Source: Ignavibacteria bacterium | Lineage (GTDB): Bacteria; Bacteroidota; Ignavibacteria; Palsa-1295 | Length of the DNA stretch: 63,134 nt | Reading direction: 5' to 3' | NCBI GenBank assembly: GCA_013287605.1 | Contig: JABDDM010000005.1 | Coordinates: forward strand, 1-63,134 | Shown here: positions 33,672 through 43,406 of the stretch, piece after piece | How positions within the stretch are numbered: the stretch's first letter is position 1 | Layout: the number at the start of each line of letters is the position of its first letter | Made by a program: the position numbers and the translations under genes | Notes under the pieces: model-generated | What the model was told of the DNA's origin: nothing | Databases searched by the model: none | The model's input: only the letters and a program-made list of their open reading frames with translations

Positions 33672-35405
33672 TTAAACCAACTGAAATTCAGGATACGTGG
33701 CTATCGAACGCGCATAACCTGCGCCGTAATCGACACTGAAGTGCCATCCGCCTTCGGGCAGATCAAGCACGTTCACAACGTGATAGAGTGCTGCTGTCTC
33801 TACCGGTCCGGGCGGCAATCCCATGATATGTGCTTCGATTCCTGAGGAGAGAGCTTTGATCATAATGTCCTTTTGCCCGGGATAGGATTGCATCCAATCA
33901 TCGGCCTTAAAATGGAGATTCACCCCATTGACACCGGCTGAACCATCAAAGGGATCGGGATACGCCAAAAGATTCAACGCCATTTGTTGGCGATCCTGAA
34001 ACGTCTTTGTGGTAATCCAGTCTGGGCCTGTCGGCCAGCCCTTCACGTTCGGCGGGTTGAGGATTTCTTGCCCGAGTGCAGCGGCTACCGTTTCTGAAAG
34101 ATATGTCAGACTCGGGTTTGGATCCGTGTAAGAGTTATAGCCCTGCGCGTCAGTTGATTTGACCGCTGGATCCTGAGCAACAAAGGTTGGGTAGGTGATC
34201 TCAAACTCGCGCACCATACTTCCAACCCACTCTACCGGCGATTTCAGATGTGCACCCATTACGCTCGTATCAAAGAAATGCGCACTGGAGAGCAGCGCGC
34301 TCATGACTGGCTTGATCTCCCAGTTGCTACTGAGAAGAAGATTCGCCATTGTATCAATGACCGCAGGATTTGGCACCCAATAAACGAAGGTAGTATAAAT
34401 GCGCTGTGAAATAAAGTACGCAATGTTGTACCCGCCGCCTTGAGCGAAGATGGTATCGATGATTTCGGTTAGTCCGAAATTCTTAGTCTGGCCAAAAAAG
34501 GTTTTGTTTGATGTATTGTGACACTGGGGCAGCAATTTTCCAACGAACGGGGCCGATGTTGTTGGCTGCCAGCCGGAGAGCGCCTGGCCGGCGTTGCGGA
34601 TGTCAGTCTCAGTATAGTTAGCCGCACCTGTCTTTGGGTCCAGTCTTCCAAGAGTAAAGAGCTCCATTAGCTCGCGTCCGAAATTTTCATTGACGTGATT
34701 GCCAGCGAAATTACCTTTCGGATCCTGTCCGAAATAGCTCTGGTTGCCATTGAGATACAAGAGCATCGCTGGATCGGTCGAGATCGCCATCACTAAATCT
34801 TTCAGATTTCCGAGCGCATTATTTCGAAGCGTCTGTGAGTACTGGTACATGTAGCCAGCATGACCAACGACACCTGAGCCGGTCACGAAATGGTTGCTCC
34901 ACATGAACGTCATCTTTTCCCAAATGCTCAAGTTCGTGCTCAACATCAGATCCAGCCACCAATTGCGCAACTGTTGCACGCGGGCAGCTTCTAACGACGC
35001 TTTATTGTGAGTGTCAATGTCGAGAAGCTTCGGATCGGTAATAGACGTGTCCGGCGCCAAGTACTCATCGACCCAAGTCGCAGGTTTTGGCGGAAGCCCT
35101 GCCGATGTATCAAGCAGCTTTGTGACCAAAACAGGCAAGCTCATCTTGCTCGCAGCATCCCACTGATCCCAAGGTACACCGAGCATCGTACGTCGGAGAA
35201 GGTGCCGCACTTGAATAGGGGTCCAAGCACCTGTATAGGGAGTGAGATCGTTCGAGAGGGTTTGAAGCGGCTGACCGTTCATCGCCGGTTCGAGTCGCGG
35301 ATTGCTTTTGCCCGAGGCTTGGGCAATGTTAGGTGCTGACACTGCACCGAGTGCGGTAGCTCCGGCCAACGCGCCTGAGTACTTTAAAAAACTTCTACGT
35401 TCCAT
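33672..35405 (-). CDS. DUF1800 protein with a Tat signal
   Basis: The Tat signal is 'MERRSFLKYSGALAGATALGAVSAPNIAQA'. The DUF1800 hallmarks 'VRHLLRRTMLG', 'MTFMWSNHFV' and 'NENFGRELMELFTLG' are present. It lies 32 nt upstream of the DUF1501 gene. Confidence 0.85.
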   Translation of the reverse strand: MERRSFLKYSGALAGATALGAVSAPNIAQASGKSNPRLEPAMNGQPLQTLSNDLTPYTGAWTPIQVRHLLRRTMLGVPWDQWDAASKMSLPVLVTKLLDTSAGLPPKPATWVDEYLAPDTSITDPKLLDIDTHNKASLEAARVQQLRNWWLDLMLSTNLSIWEKMTFMWSNHFVTGSGVVGHAGYMYQYSQTLRNNALGNLKDLVMAISTDPAMLLYLNGNQSYFGQDPKGNFAGNHVNENFGRELMELFTLGRLDPKTGAANYTETDIRNAGQALSGWQPTTSAPFVGKLLPQCHNTSNKTFFGQTKNFGLTEIIDTIFAQGGGYNIAYFISQRIYTTFVYWVPNPAVIDTMANLLLSSNWEIKPVMSALLSSAHFFDTSVMGAHLKSPVEWVGSMVREFEITYPTFVAQDPAVKSTDAQGYNSYTDPNPSLTYLSETVAAALGQEILNPPNVKGWPTGPDWITTKTFQDRQQMALNLLAYPDPFDGSAGVNGVNLHFKADDWMQSYPGQKDIMIKALSSGIEAHIMGLPPGPVETAALYHVVNVLDLPEGGWHFSVDYGAGYARSIATYPEFQLV

Positions 35406-35831
35406 GGGGTAAGCAGATGAAGAATTGTTGAGACAAAAACGAGATCAAGCGAACACAAACTCACGCATGAACCAATCGGGGGCTCCTGATGTGCGATCCT
35501 ATGGTGTAAGAACCCTCACGGTGGAATAAGTTACAGGGGGGACGAATTTCTACCCCCGTTGCCTAAGCACGCTCAATCGGAGCAATCTGACGAATTATTG
35601 CAAACTTACGACATCTGCGACCATGAGGCTTCCTTTGCAACCGGCAGGGCCTTTCCCGATCAATTATGCAGCCTGTAGTTCCTATTCCGTAGATGCCCGC
35701 CATTCGTGCTAATTGTGCTTTTAAACAAAGATACTTTGGCCACGGTGCACAATTCCGCTAAGAAAGAGTTATTTTGCCGCCGCGGGATACGCAATAGTGT
35801 TGTTTTGCCTTCGCTCTATCGTGCCTATTCT

Positions 35832-37901
35832 ATGAAAATTTCGATACTACGCCTATTTGGTGCGGTGATTCTCATCGCTGCTTCATCTCTCGTTCTGCGC
35901 GCTCAGGTCTGTGAAAATTTCGCCGTTGTTGCCAGCGCTACTGTACAGCTTTCTCCAAACAAAGTGACGATCACATGGCTGCCTGATGTGCTCGCCACAG
36001 GATATGCGGTGTCTCGCAGAATTTATGGAGGTTCAGATGACTTCGCACTATTGGCGAGCTCTACTGGAAAAGATTCAACATACGTCGACACCAATATCAC
36101 GCTGGGCTACCGATATGAGTACCAGATCATCAAGACCTTCAAACAAAATGGAGTTCAATTTTTTGGCTATGGATATCTCGCGGTAGGGGTGAATGCACCG
36201 CTAGTCGATCACATGGGCGGGGTCATCATCCTAACGGACAGCGTGATCTCGCAACCCCTAAAGACCGAGCTTGCTCGGCTTGAGCTGGACCTTATCGGAG
36301 ATGGTTGGACTGTAACAAGCCACGTTGTAGGTCGGTCGATGAAAGTTACCGACATCAAAGCAATTGTAAAAAAAGACTATCAGGTAGATCCAATGCACAC
36401 TCGATCCCTTTTTATCTTCGGGCATGTACCGATTCCTTATTCGGGATTGCTTAATCCAGATGGGCATTCCAATCATCTAGGTGCGTGGCCTACAGATCTG
36501 TACTACGGAAATTTCGATGGCGACTGGACTGACAACGTGATCAATGATGACTCTACTGTGCTCGTTCGACCTGAAATCCGAAATGTGATAGGCGATGGGA
36601 AATTTGATCAAAGCTCGATTCCTGCGCCGATGAATCTCGAGGTGGGCCGCGTCGATCTTTGGGACATGCCTGCCTTTGCTAAATCGGATACTGAACTTCT
36701 AAGGCAATATCTGAACAAGGACCATGCATTCCGTTTCCAAACCCTCACTGCTCCTGCACGTGGACTGATTAGTGATAATTTCGGTGCTTTCACTGGACTA
36801 GGTGAGGCCGAGGCGTTTGCTTCCGATGCGTGGCGTGCATTCCCGGCATTCTTCGGTCTTCAAAATACGCATGTATTGAGCTGGTTCGGAACACTCGACA
36901 CTGCCGCTTATCTCTGTGCATACGGTTGCGGAGGTGGATGGTTCACGAGCGCTGACGGCGTGGGGAATACTACGCAGTTCGATACAATAGGTAGCAAGGC
37001 GATCTTCACGATGCTATTTGGAAGTTACTTCGGTGATTGGGACTATGAAAATAGCTTTTTGCGAGCTCCTCTTTGCACAACCTACGGTCTTACTTCAAGT
37101 TGGTCAGGCCGCCCACTTTGGGTTTTTCATGCCATGGCAGTAGGCGAGCCGATAGGAACTTCCGCTCGAATGACGGAGGATAGCTCCGCAAGATATGTCC
37201 AATGGAGATACAACAATCGCTGGGGCAATGCCGCTAATAATGACGGCGGTGATGCGAGTTATGTAAGTGCCGAACTGTTGGGAGATCCTACACTCAAGCT
37301 CTTCTATCCATTGCCAATTGCCGATCAACATGCTTCACTCGTAGGTCAGAAGACAGTTCACCTCACGTGGGTGCCACCCAAGAATGATGGTGATCTTGTC
37401 GGTTTCAATCTCTACTCATCTGCTAAGCGAACCGGACCTTTCACCAAGATCAACCCGCAGCCGGTCTCTGCAACGAGCTATGACGACATAGCTCGTTATA
37501 CGGATTCGAATTTCTATATGGTCCGTTCGGTGAAGCTGATCACTACTGCAAGCGGCAGCTACTACGCTGCCTCGGAAGGGCAGGTGATGCAGGTCAATGG
37601 AGTCGCAGGTGTAGAAACTGGGGTAAGCCAGTTTGTGAATACGCTTACGGTGAAACAGAGCGCGCGAGGCGTCATTGTTACGATCTCTAATGCAGACGTT
37701 TCTTCAGCTCATCTTGCGGTCTACGACCTTCTTGGTCGCGAAGTCGCAGTGCTGCATGATGGTACTATTTCCGCAGGGATCTCGACGTATGGCTGGGATC
37801 TTCGAACCGTATCCGGAGCTACGGCAAATTCCGGCACCTATTTCGTTCGCATGACGGGCTCGGGCAACGAGAGAAGCGCAAAGTTCAACGTGAATCGTTA
37901 A
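35832..37901 (+). CDS. T9SS-sorted protein: FN3-like domain, gingipain (C25)-like domain with a substituted catalytic dyad, FN3-like domain, sorting domain
   Basis: The start is at MKISILRLFGAVILIAASSLVLRAQ. The C25-like blocks are 'VIILTD...', 'SLFIFGHVPIPY', 'TDLYYGNFDGDW', 'LEVGRVDL', 'YGCGGGWF', 'MLFGSYFGDW' and 'LGDPTLKLF'. The sorting domain is 'HLAVYDLLGREVAVL...NSGTYFVRMTGSGNERSAKFNVNR'. Confidence 0.65.
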   Translation: MKISILRLFGAVILIAASSLVLRAQVCENFAVVASATVQLSPNKVTITWLPDVLATGYAVSRRIYGGSDDFALLASSTGKDSTYVDTNITLGYRYEYQIIKTFKQNGVQFFGYGYLAVGVNAPLVDHMGGVIILTDSVISQPLKTELARLELDLIGDGWTVTSHVVGRSMKVTDIKAIVKKDYQVDPMHTRSLFIFGHVPIPYSGLLNPDGHSNHLGAWPTDLYYGNFDGDWTDNVINDDSTVLVRPEIRNVIGDGKFDQSSIPAPMNLEVGRVDLWDMPAFAKSDTELLRQYLNKDHAFRFQTLTAPARGLISDNFGAFTGLGEAEAFASDAWRAFPAFFGLQNTHVLSWFGTLDTAAYLCAYGCGGGWFTSADGVGNTTQFDTIGSKAIFTMLFGSYFGDWDYENSFLRAPLCTTYGLTSSWSGRPLWVFHAMAVGEPIGTSARMTEDSSARYVQWRYNNRWGNAANNDGGDASYVSAELLGDPTLKLFYPLPIADQHASLVGQKTVHLTWVPPKNDGDLVGFNLYSSAKRTGPFTKINPQPVSATSYDDIARYTDSNFYMVRSVKLITTASGSYYAASEGQVMQVNGVAGVETGVSQFVNTLTVKQSARGVIVTISNADVSSAHLAVYDLLGREVAVLHDGTISAGISTYGWDLRTVSGATANSGTYFVRMTGSGNERSAKFNVNR

Positions 37902-37903
37902 AT

Positions 37904-38992
37904 CTATTTCTGTGCTCGCGCGATCACAATGATCGCTACGATCAGGAACAAAGCGTTTGCGAGCCATGCTGTTGGGATTGGACTCAATAAACCTGAGTAA
38001 CCGAATGTTTGCGAGACTTTCGTAAACGCGAGGAAAATGAAACTGATGAAGATGGCGACTGAGAATTCCAGGCTTAGTCCACCACGCTTTTTTCTCGAAG
38101 CGAACGGAACTCCGAAAAACACGACGATGAGCGAGGTAAAAGCCATCGCGTATTTCGAGTGATAATCAACGAGGTCGTGGTTGGTGTCCTGTCCTGTTTG
38201 CTTTGCGATCGCGATACGCTCGGCAAGTTGTGTGTTTGTCATCTCCTCGATGTGCATCTCATGCTCACGAAGCGCCAGGGGAGTGAAGCTAAAACGTACG
38301 TATGATTCTGCAGGAGTAAGCGGGCGGATCTGATCGCTCGATGAATCGCTGGAAAAGTCGCGCTCCACTGCCCCTTGCAGGAGCCACTTGTTCTTTGTAG
38401 AATCCCAGGTCATGCTTGTTGCATCGATGCGTTTGATCAGATGTGTCTTTGTAGCCGGATCAAAGAATTGAATGCTTACGCGATTTGCTTTGGTCTGTGC
38501 GAACGAAAAATCGCCCAGTGAAACAATGCTCGAGGCGGATTCCTGTAAGTGCAAATTGAATCTCGAGCCGGTAATCTGATTTTCTCCCTGGATCGCAAGA
38601 ACGCGTGCGTTCGCTCTGGGCAAGATCCATCCATCAAAATAGATCGATCCAAGCGATAAGATCACCGCAACCAGAACGAACGGAGCCATGAACCGATAGA
38701 GCGACATTCCTGACGATCGCAATGCAATGATCTCATTATTCGAGGACATCCTGCCCGCCGTGAAAAGCGAACCGAGCAGAAGGGCAATCGGGAGGATCAG
38801 CGCGATGATCTGCGGAGTAAAGTTAATGTAATAATCGACCATCGTCATACCAGTCACATGTTTGTCGAGAAACTTGTCCAGTTTCTCCATGAGGTCGATC
38901 GCGACATAAAGGATGATGAACGCGATAAGCGATACGCTGATCGAGACAAGAAACTGCCGGATGATATAACGGTCGATGCGCTTCATGATCAT
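37904..38992 (-). CDS. LptF/LptG-family (YjgP/YjgQ) lipopolysaccharide export permease
   Basis: The start is at 'MIMKRIDRYIIRQFLVSISVSL', the typical family N-terminus. It has 6 TM helices with a periplasmic beta-jellyroll insert. The longer ORF-track start is unlikely. Confidence 0.85.
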   Translation of the reverse strand: MIMKRIDRYIIRQFLVSISVSLIAFIILYVAIDLMEKLDKFLDKHVTGMTMVDYYINFTPQIIALILPIALLLGSLFTAGRMSSNNEIIALRSSGMSLYRFMAPFVLVAVILSLGSIYFDGWILPRANARVLAIQGENQITGSRFNLHLQESASSIVSLGDFSFAQTKANRVSIQFFDPATKTHLIKRIDATSMTWDSTKNKWLLQGAVERDFSSDSSSDQIRPLTPAESYVRFSFTPLALREHEMHIEEMTNTQLAERIAIAKQTGQDTNHDLVDYHSKYAMAFTSLIVVFFGVPFASRKKRGGLSLEFSVAIFISFIFLAFTKVSQTFGYSGLLSPIPTAWLANALFLIVAIIVIARAQK

Positions 38993-39061
38993 GGTGCTAC
39001 GCAACACGTGGCCGAATGTGTCAGTGCGACAAATCAGAATGGGGCTTCGTTCTCCACTCAG

Positions 39062-39841
39062 ATGATTCAAGAACCCAAGATCGAAGTCCTAGGCCCTGTA
39101 ACAAAGCGAGAACAGCTTTGGAGGATTGAGGTCGAACTCGATTGCCCAGGCCGATATAACATGGAGCGAGATGAGGAAATCACGCGTGATCTCATCGAGA
39201 ATGAGGACAGTCCAAACTGTCTTCGGCTTTACTCATGGAAACCGTCTTCGATTTCCCTGGGCTATCAGCAATCAGTAGAGAGCATTGATGTCGAAGCATG
39301 CCGCAGCGCCGGAATCGATATCGTCCGACGCCCAACCGGCGGTCGAGCGGTGCTTCATGCGAATGAATTGACCTATGCAGTAGCGCTGCGCTCGGATGCT
39401 TCTGATGGCATTGCTGCGGTGCACAACACGATTACGCTCGCAATTCTGCATGGTCTTCAACAGCTAGGAAATGGGGAGGAATTGACGATTACATCCGGTA
39501 GCAGTAAAATACGTGATGCCTACATGCCTGGCGAGATTTCTAATCTTGCATGCTTTGCGAGTATCGCGCGTCATGAGGTGACGTATCGAGGAAGAAAAAT
39601 TATGGGTTCAGCGCAGCGTCGATTTGGAGATGTTGTTCTGCAGCATGGCTCGATTCCGCTTGGACCAGAACACCTGCGGTTGCCGGATTTCATGGCTATT
39701 CCAGACGATCGTAAGGCAGCTATGAGCAGACTCCTCATCAAGGAGACCGCAACGCTTTCAGACGTTTTTGGGCGATCTATCACCGTTTCGGAAGCGGCAG
39801 ACTGTGTCGCGCGTCATTTTGTTGAGCATATTTGTTCGTAG
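39062..39841 (+). CDS. lipoate-protein ligase / octanoyltransferase family protein (BPL/LPL catalytic domain only)
   Basis: 'LRLYSWKPSSISLGYQQ...DIVRRPTGGRAVLHANELTYAVAL...YRGRKIMGSAQRRFGDVVLQHGSI' includes the conserved catalytic Lys context. The start is placed at the ATG at 39062. Confidence 0.8.
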   Translation: MIQEPKIEVLGPVTKREQLWRIEVELDCPGRYNMERDEEITRDLIENEDSPNCLRLYSWKPSSISLGYQQSVESIDVEACRSAGIDIVRRPTGGRAVLHANELTYAVALRSDASDGIAAVHNTITLAILHGLQQLGNGEELTITSGSSKIRDAYMPGEISNLACFASIARHEVTYRGRKIMGSAQRRFGDVVLQHGSIPLGPEHLRLPDFMAIPDDRKAAMSRLLIKETATLSDVFGRSITVSEAADCVARHFVEHICS

Positions 39842-39880
39842 ACCTTCGTTCTGATCTCACCAATTAATGTCTTCGAATAC

Positions 39881-40732
39881 ATGGAGCAGGGGAAACCGGG
39901 TGCAGCATATCATGGCAACGCGGAGCGCGCAGCTCGGCGGGTGACAACGCGGACCGTTCACGACATGAAAGTGCGTGGCGAGAAAATCTCGATGATCACT
40001 GCGTATGATTACACATTTGCCGCACTTTTCGACCAGGCTGGTGTCGACATTCTCCTCGTTGGAGATTCCGTCTCGAATGTGGTGCAAGGCAATGAGACGA
40101 CGATTCCGGTTACACTCGATGAAATGATCTATCACGCGCGCATCGTCGCACGCGGTGCCTCCGAGCATGCGCTTGTACTTTGCGATATGCCGTTCATGTC
40201 CTATCAAGCAAACGCGGAAGAGGGCTTTCGGAATGCCGGGCGCATAATGAAAGAGACCGGCGCAGGGGGAGTGAAGATAGAAGGAGGCAAGCGAGTTGCG
40301 CCGCTGGTCAAGATGATGTCTGAAGCAGGCATTCCGGTAATGGGGCATCTTGGTCTGACACCACAATCTATCCATCAATTCGGGACCTACCAAACACGAG
40401 GCACAACTGAAGATGAGGCAAACAGCATTCTGCATGATGCCAAAGTACTAGAGGAGGCAGGGGCGTTCGCTCTTGTGCTGGAGAAGGTCCCAGCAGCGCT
40501 CGCCGAACGCGTAACGAAGAGTCTATCCATCGCAACAATCGGAATTGGTGCTGGCCCGCACTGTGATGGTCAGGTCCTCGTCATGCATGACATGCTTGGA
40601 TTATCAGAAGAATTCAACCCACGATTCGTTCGGCGATATGCACACCTAGCCGAGGAGGTTCGGAAAGCAGCACGAAGTTATAAGACTGATATTCAAAGTG
40701 GGAGCTTCCCATCTGAAAAAGAGAGTTATTAA
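39881..40732 (+). CDS. panB: 3-methyl-2-oxobutanoate hydroxymethyltransferase
   Basis: 'KISMITAYDYTFAALFDQAGVDILLVGDSVSNVVQGNETTIPVTLDEMIYH...GVKIEGG...MGHLGLTPQS' is a canonical PanB sequence. Confidence 0.94.
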   Translation: MEQGKPGAAYHGNAERAARRVTTRTVHDMKVRGEKISMITAYDYTFAALFDQAGVDILLVGDSVSNVVQGNETTIPVTLDEMIYHARIVARGASEHALVLCDMPFMSYQANAEEGFRNAGRIMKETGAGGVKIEGGKRVAPLVKMMSEAGIPVMGHLGLTPQSIHQFGTYQTRGTTEDEANSILHDAKVLEEAGAFALVLEKVPAALAERVTKSLSIATIGIGAGPHCDGQVLVMHDMLGLSEEFNPRFVRRYAHLAEEVRKAARSYKTDIQSGSFPSEKESY

Positions 40733-40748
40733 GAATGAGCAAACACAT

Positions 40749-43277
40749 ATGAGAGCGATCATCATGGCAGGTGGATTCGGGACGCGGCTAAGGCCGCTGA
40801 CGATGCACGTCCCAAAGCCGATGGTCCCGATGATGAATCGGCCAATGATGGAGCACATCGTTGGGTTGCTCAAACAGCATGGTTTCGCTGATATCACAGC
40901 GCTGCTTTTTTATAATCCTGAGGTCATCGCTTCTTATTTCGGAGACGGAAGTCACTTTGGTGTCAGAATGAATTATGTCCGCGCCGAGGCGGATTTCGGC
41001 ACTGCCGGAAGTGTACGTAACGCTACAGAAGAACTCGGGCTGAACGAACGGATTCTCGTTATTTCTGGTGATGTGCTGACCGACTTTGATCTTTCGGCTG
41101 CACTCAAATTCCATGTTGAGCGCAAGGCACGCGCAACTATCATCCTTACGCGAGTCAGCAATCCATTGCCATTCGGAGTTGTCATGACGAATGAGCAATC
41201 GGAAATCACGAGGTTTGTGGAAAAGCCGACATGGGGTGAAGTCTTCAGCGATACGATCAACACGGGCATCTATATCCTGGAGTCCGAAGCGTATCAGCTC
41301 ATTCCCCACAAGAAGGATCACGATTTTAGCAAAGATCTTTTTCCTGCATTGCTTCAAGAGCCGGGAGCATTGCTTGGATTTATCGCCGATGGCTATTGGC
41401 GTGATATCGGAAACCTTGAAGAATACCAGGAGGCGCATCTTGACGCGCTCAAAGGCGCGATCAAACTATCGTTCACGTCAACGGGGAGTACACTGTTGTC
41501 AGGCGCAGGTCGTGGAACATTCGAGGGCGCCGAATTTCGAGGCAACAATCTTGTCGCCGAGGATGCGGAAATACATACTGGCGCAATTATCACGAACTCA
41601 GTGATCGGTCCGGGTGTCGTGATCGGCGCAGGAAGCAGGATCGAGAACAGCGTACTCTGGCGAGGTACGAGAGTCGGCAGAAGTGCCTCACTTAGTGGCG
41701 TCGTCGCATGCACTGAAGTTGACATTGGTGACAGAGTCACGATCGCTGAGAATGTCTATATCGGCGATAGGTCACGCGTCGAGGACCGCGCAGAGATCGC
41801 GTCAAATCTCAAACTGTGGCCAGGAAAACATGTAGAAGCAAGTGCGCGCCTGACGACCAGCATGATATGGGAGGATCGTTGGTCGCGTTCGCTCTTTACT
41901 AACTCTCGCATCACCGGAATATCGAACATAGAGGTGACGCCCGAATTCAGTGCGAAAGTTGGGGCCTCGTTGGGCGCGCAAGTCGGTATGGGACAAACGG
42001 TTGTTATTTCCCGCGATAGTGACCCTGGTTCGCGTGTGATCTCTCGCGCGATCACAAGCGGGCTCATGTCTGCTGGTGTTAACGTGAGTGACATGCAGGA
42101 AACCCCAATACCGCTCACACGTCACCACTTGCGCGGTGGCAGGCAGTCTGCGGGTTTGCATGTGCGCAAGAATCCGATTGATCGCAAGCGTTCAGATCTT
42201 ATATTCTTCGCTGCTGGTGGTTATGATCTCCCTGCAAACAAAGCGAAAGCAGTCGAGCGCTATTTTTTCGGTGAAGATTTTCCACGCGCGCCATATGACA
42301 AAGTCGGAACAATAGAATTTCCAGCGCATACGGGTGAGGCCTATACAAAGCGCTTCAAGAATGCACTCGACACTGCACTGATCTCAAACGCCCGTTTCAA
42401 GATCGGCGTAGACTATGCATACGGTATCACAAGTACGATTTTCCCGAATATCCTTGGTTACCTGGGAGCTGAAGTCGTTTCATTGAATGGCTATCTTGAG
42501 CCCTCGCGATTAACACGTGCTCGTGAGGAGTTCGAGCGCTCCATGCGCAATCTTGCGAACGTTGTCTCCTCGTTGCATTACGATATTGGATTCATTCTCG
42601 ACTCGGGCGGAGAGCGGATCGGCGTCGTCGACGAACTAGGTGAAGTTTATTTGAACAATGAACTCCTGACGCTCATCACGAAGCTCTTTCTCGAATCCGA
42701 GCGGAAGCGCGGCCGCAGCATCCAGCGTATCGCAGTTCCTGTCTCTGCCACGAGCGAGATCGAATTGCTCGCGAAGGAGTACGGTGTAGAACTCACCTAC
42801 ACGAAGAACACGCACGCTTCAATGATGGAAGCTGCGAGTGAGGAGGACAACTCCTACGTTGGGGGCACGCTTGGCGGCTTTATTTTCCCTGAATATTTCT
42901 TTGCCGTTGATGGGATGTTCTCTGCCGCGAAGATTCTGGAGATGCTGGCTGTTGTCGGACTTAAACTGAGCGAAGTTGCGAGCAAGCTTCCCAAACGCGT
43001 ACAGATACGAAAGAGAGTTGCCTGTTCGACGGATCACCTCGGTACAGTGATGCGTCACGCGATGGATCACTCACGCGGCATGCGACCTGTGCTTATTGAT
43101 GGAATAAAATTCTATCCACGTAAATCCGAAGATACATGGGTGCTGATCCTTCCTGAAAAAGACCGCCCGTTCTGCGAAGTCCTTGTTGACGCAGGAGAGA
43201 AAAAGAAAGCGGAATCGACCGCCAAGGAATACGCAGAGCTGGTTGAGGTCTGGCGATCGAATGCGGCGACGGTGTAG
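40749..43277 (+). CDS. fused sugar-1-phosphate nucleotidyltransferase, left-handed beta-helix and phosphohexomutase (ManC/ManB-like)
   Basis: The start is at 'MRAIIMAGGFGTRLRPLT' (NTP-transferase G-x-G-T-R motif). Hexapeptide-repeat region: 'VIGPGVVIGAGSRIENSVL'. The C-terminal half of about 450 aa has a phosphoglucomutase/phosphomannomutase layout. Confidence 0.8.
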   Translation: MRAIIMAGGFGTRLRPLTMHVPKPMVPMMNRPMMEHIVGLLKQHGFADITALLFYNPEVIASYFGDGSHFGVRMNYVRAEADFGTAGSVRNATEELGLNERILVISGDVLTDFDLSAALKFHVERKARATIILTRVSNPLPFGVVMTNEQSEITRFVEKPTWGEVFSDTINTGIYILESEAYQLIPHKKDHDFSKDLFPALLQEPGALLGFIADGYWRDIGNLEEYQEAHLDALKGAIKLSFTSTGSTLLSGAGRGTFEGAEFRGNNLVAEDAEIHTGAIITNSVIGPGVVIGAGSRIENSVLWRGTRVGRSASLSGVVACTEVDIGDRVTIAENVYIGDRSRVEDRAEIASNLKLWPGKHVEASARLTTSMIWEDRWSRSLFTNSRITGISNIEVTPEFSAKVGASLGAQVGMGQTVVISRDSDPGSRVISRAITSGLMSAGVNVSDMQETPIPLTRHHLRGGRQSAGLHVRKNPIDRKRSDLIFFAAGGYDLPANKAKAVERYFFGEDFPRAPYDKVGTIEFPAHTGEAYTKRFKNALDTALISNARFKIGVDYAYGITSTIFPNILGYLGAEVVSLNGYLEPSRLTRAREEFERSMRNLANVVSSLHYDIGFILDSGGERIGVVDELGEVYLNNELLTLITKLFLESERKRGRSIQRIAVPVSATSEIELLAKEYGVELTYTKNTHASMMEAASEEDNSYVGGTLGGFIFPEYFFAVDGMFSAAKILEMLAVVGLKLSEVASKLPKRVQIRKRVACSTDHLGTVMRHAMDHSRGMRPVLIDGIKFYPRKSEDTWVLILPEKDRPFCEVLVDAGEKKKAESTAKEYAELVEVWRSNAATV

Positions 43278-43406
43278 CGCTGTATTATGTTGTGGGCGAA
43301 TCATGTCCTCCATGGTCATTCAAGCAACGACATTCTGCTTTCAGAACAGGTCTTATATTGGGCATGCTTAGACCTAGAATAGGCGAGTCTGCCGTTACAA
43401 ATCCCG

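Noticed and set aside
35406-35831. The 426-bp divergent intergenic region between DUF1800 and the C25-like gene, examined for a riboswitch or sRNA. It contains a ggggg-N11-ccccc hairpin at about 35536-35556 and the inverted pair TTGCAAA-N29-TTTGCAA at about 35599-35641.
   Set aside because: No known riboswitch core was recognised. The hairpins are short and could arise by chance. The region is worth a covariance search, but nothing is supportable by eye.
39857-41438. Long minus-strand ORFs of 192 aa and 216 aa opposite panB and the ManC/ManB-like gene. Analogous antisense ORFs occur at 53951-54571, 54698-55279, 59852-60373 and 60410-61048.
   Set aside because: All are antisense to strongly supported genes and have no recognisable motifs.
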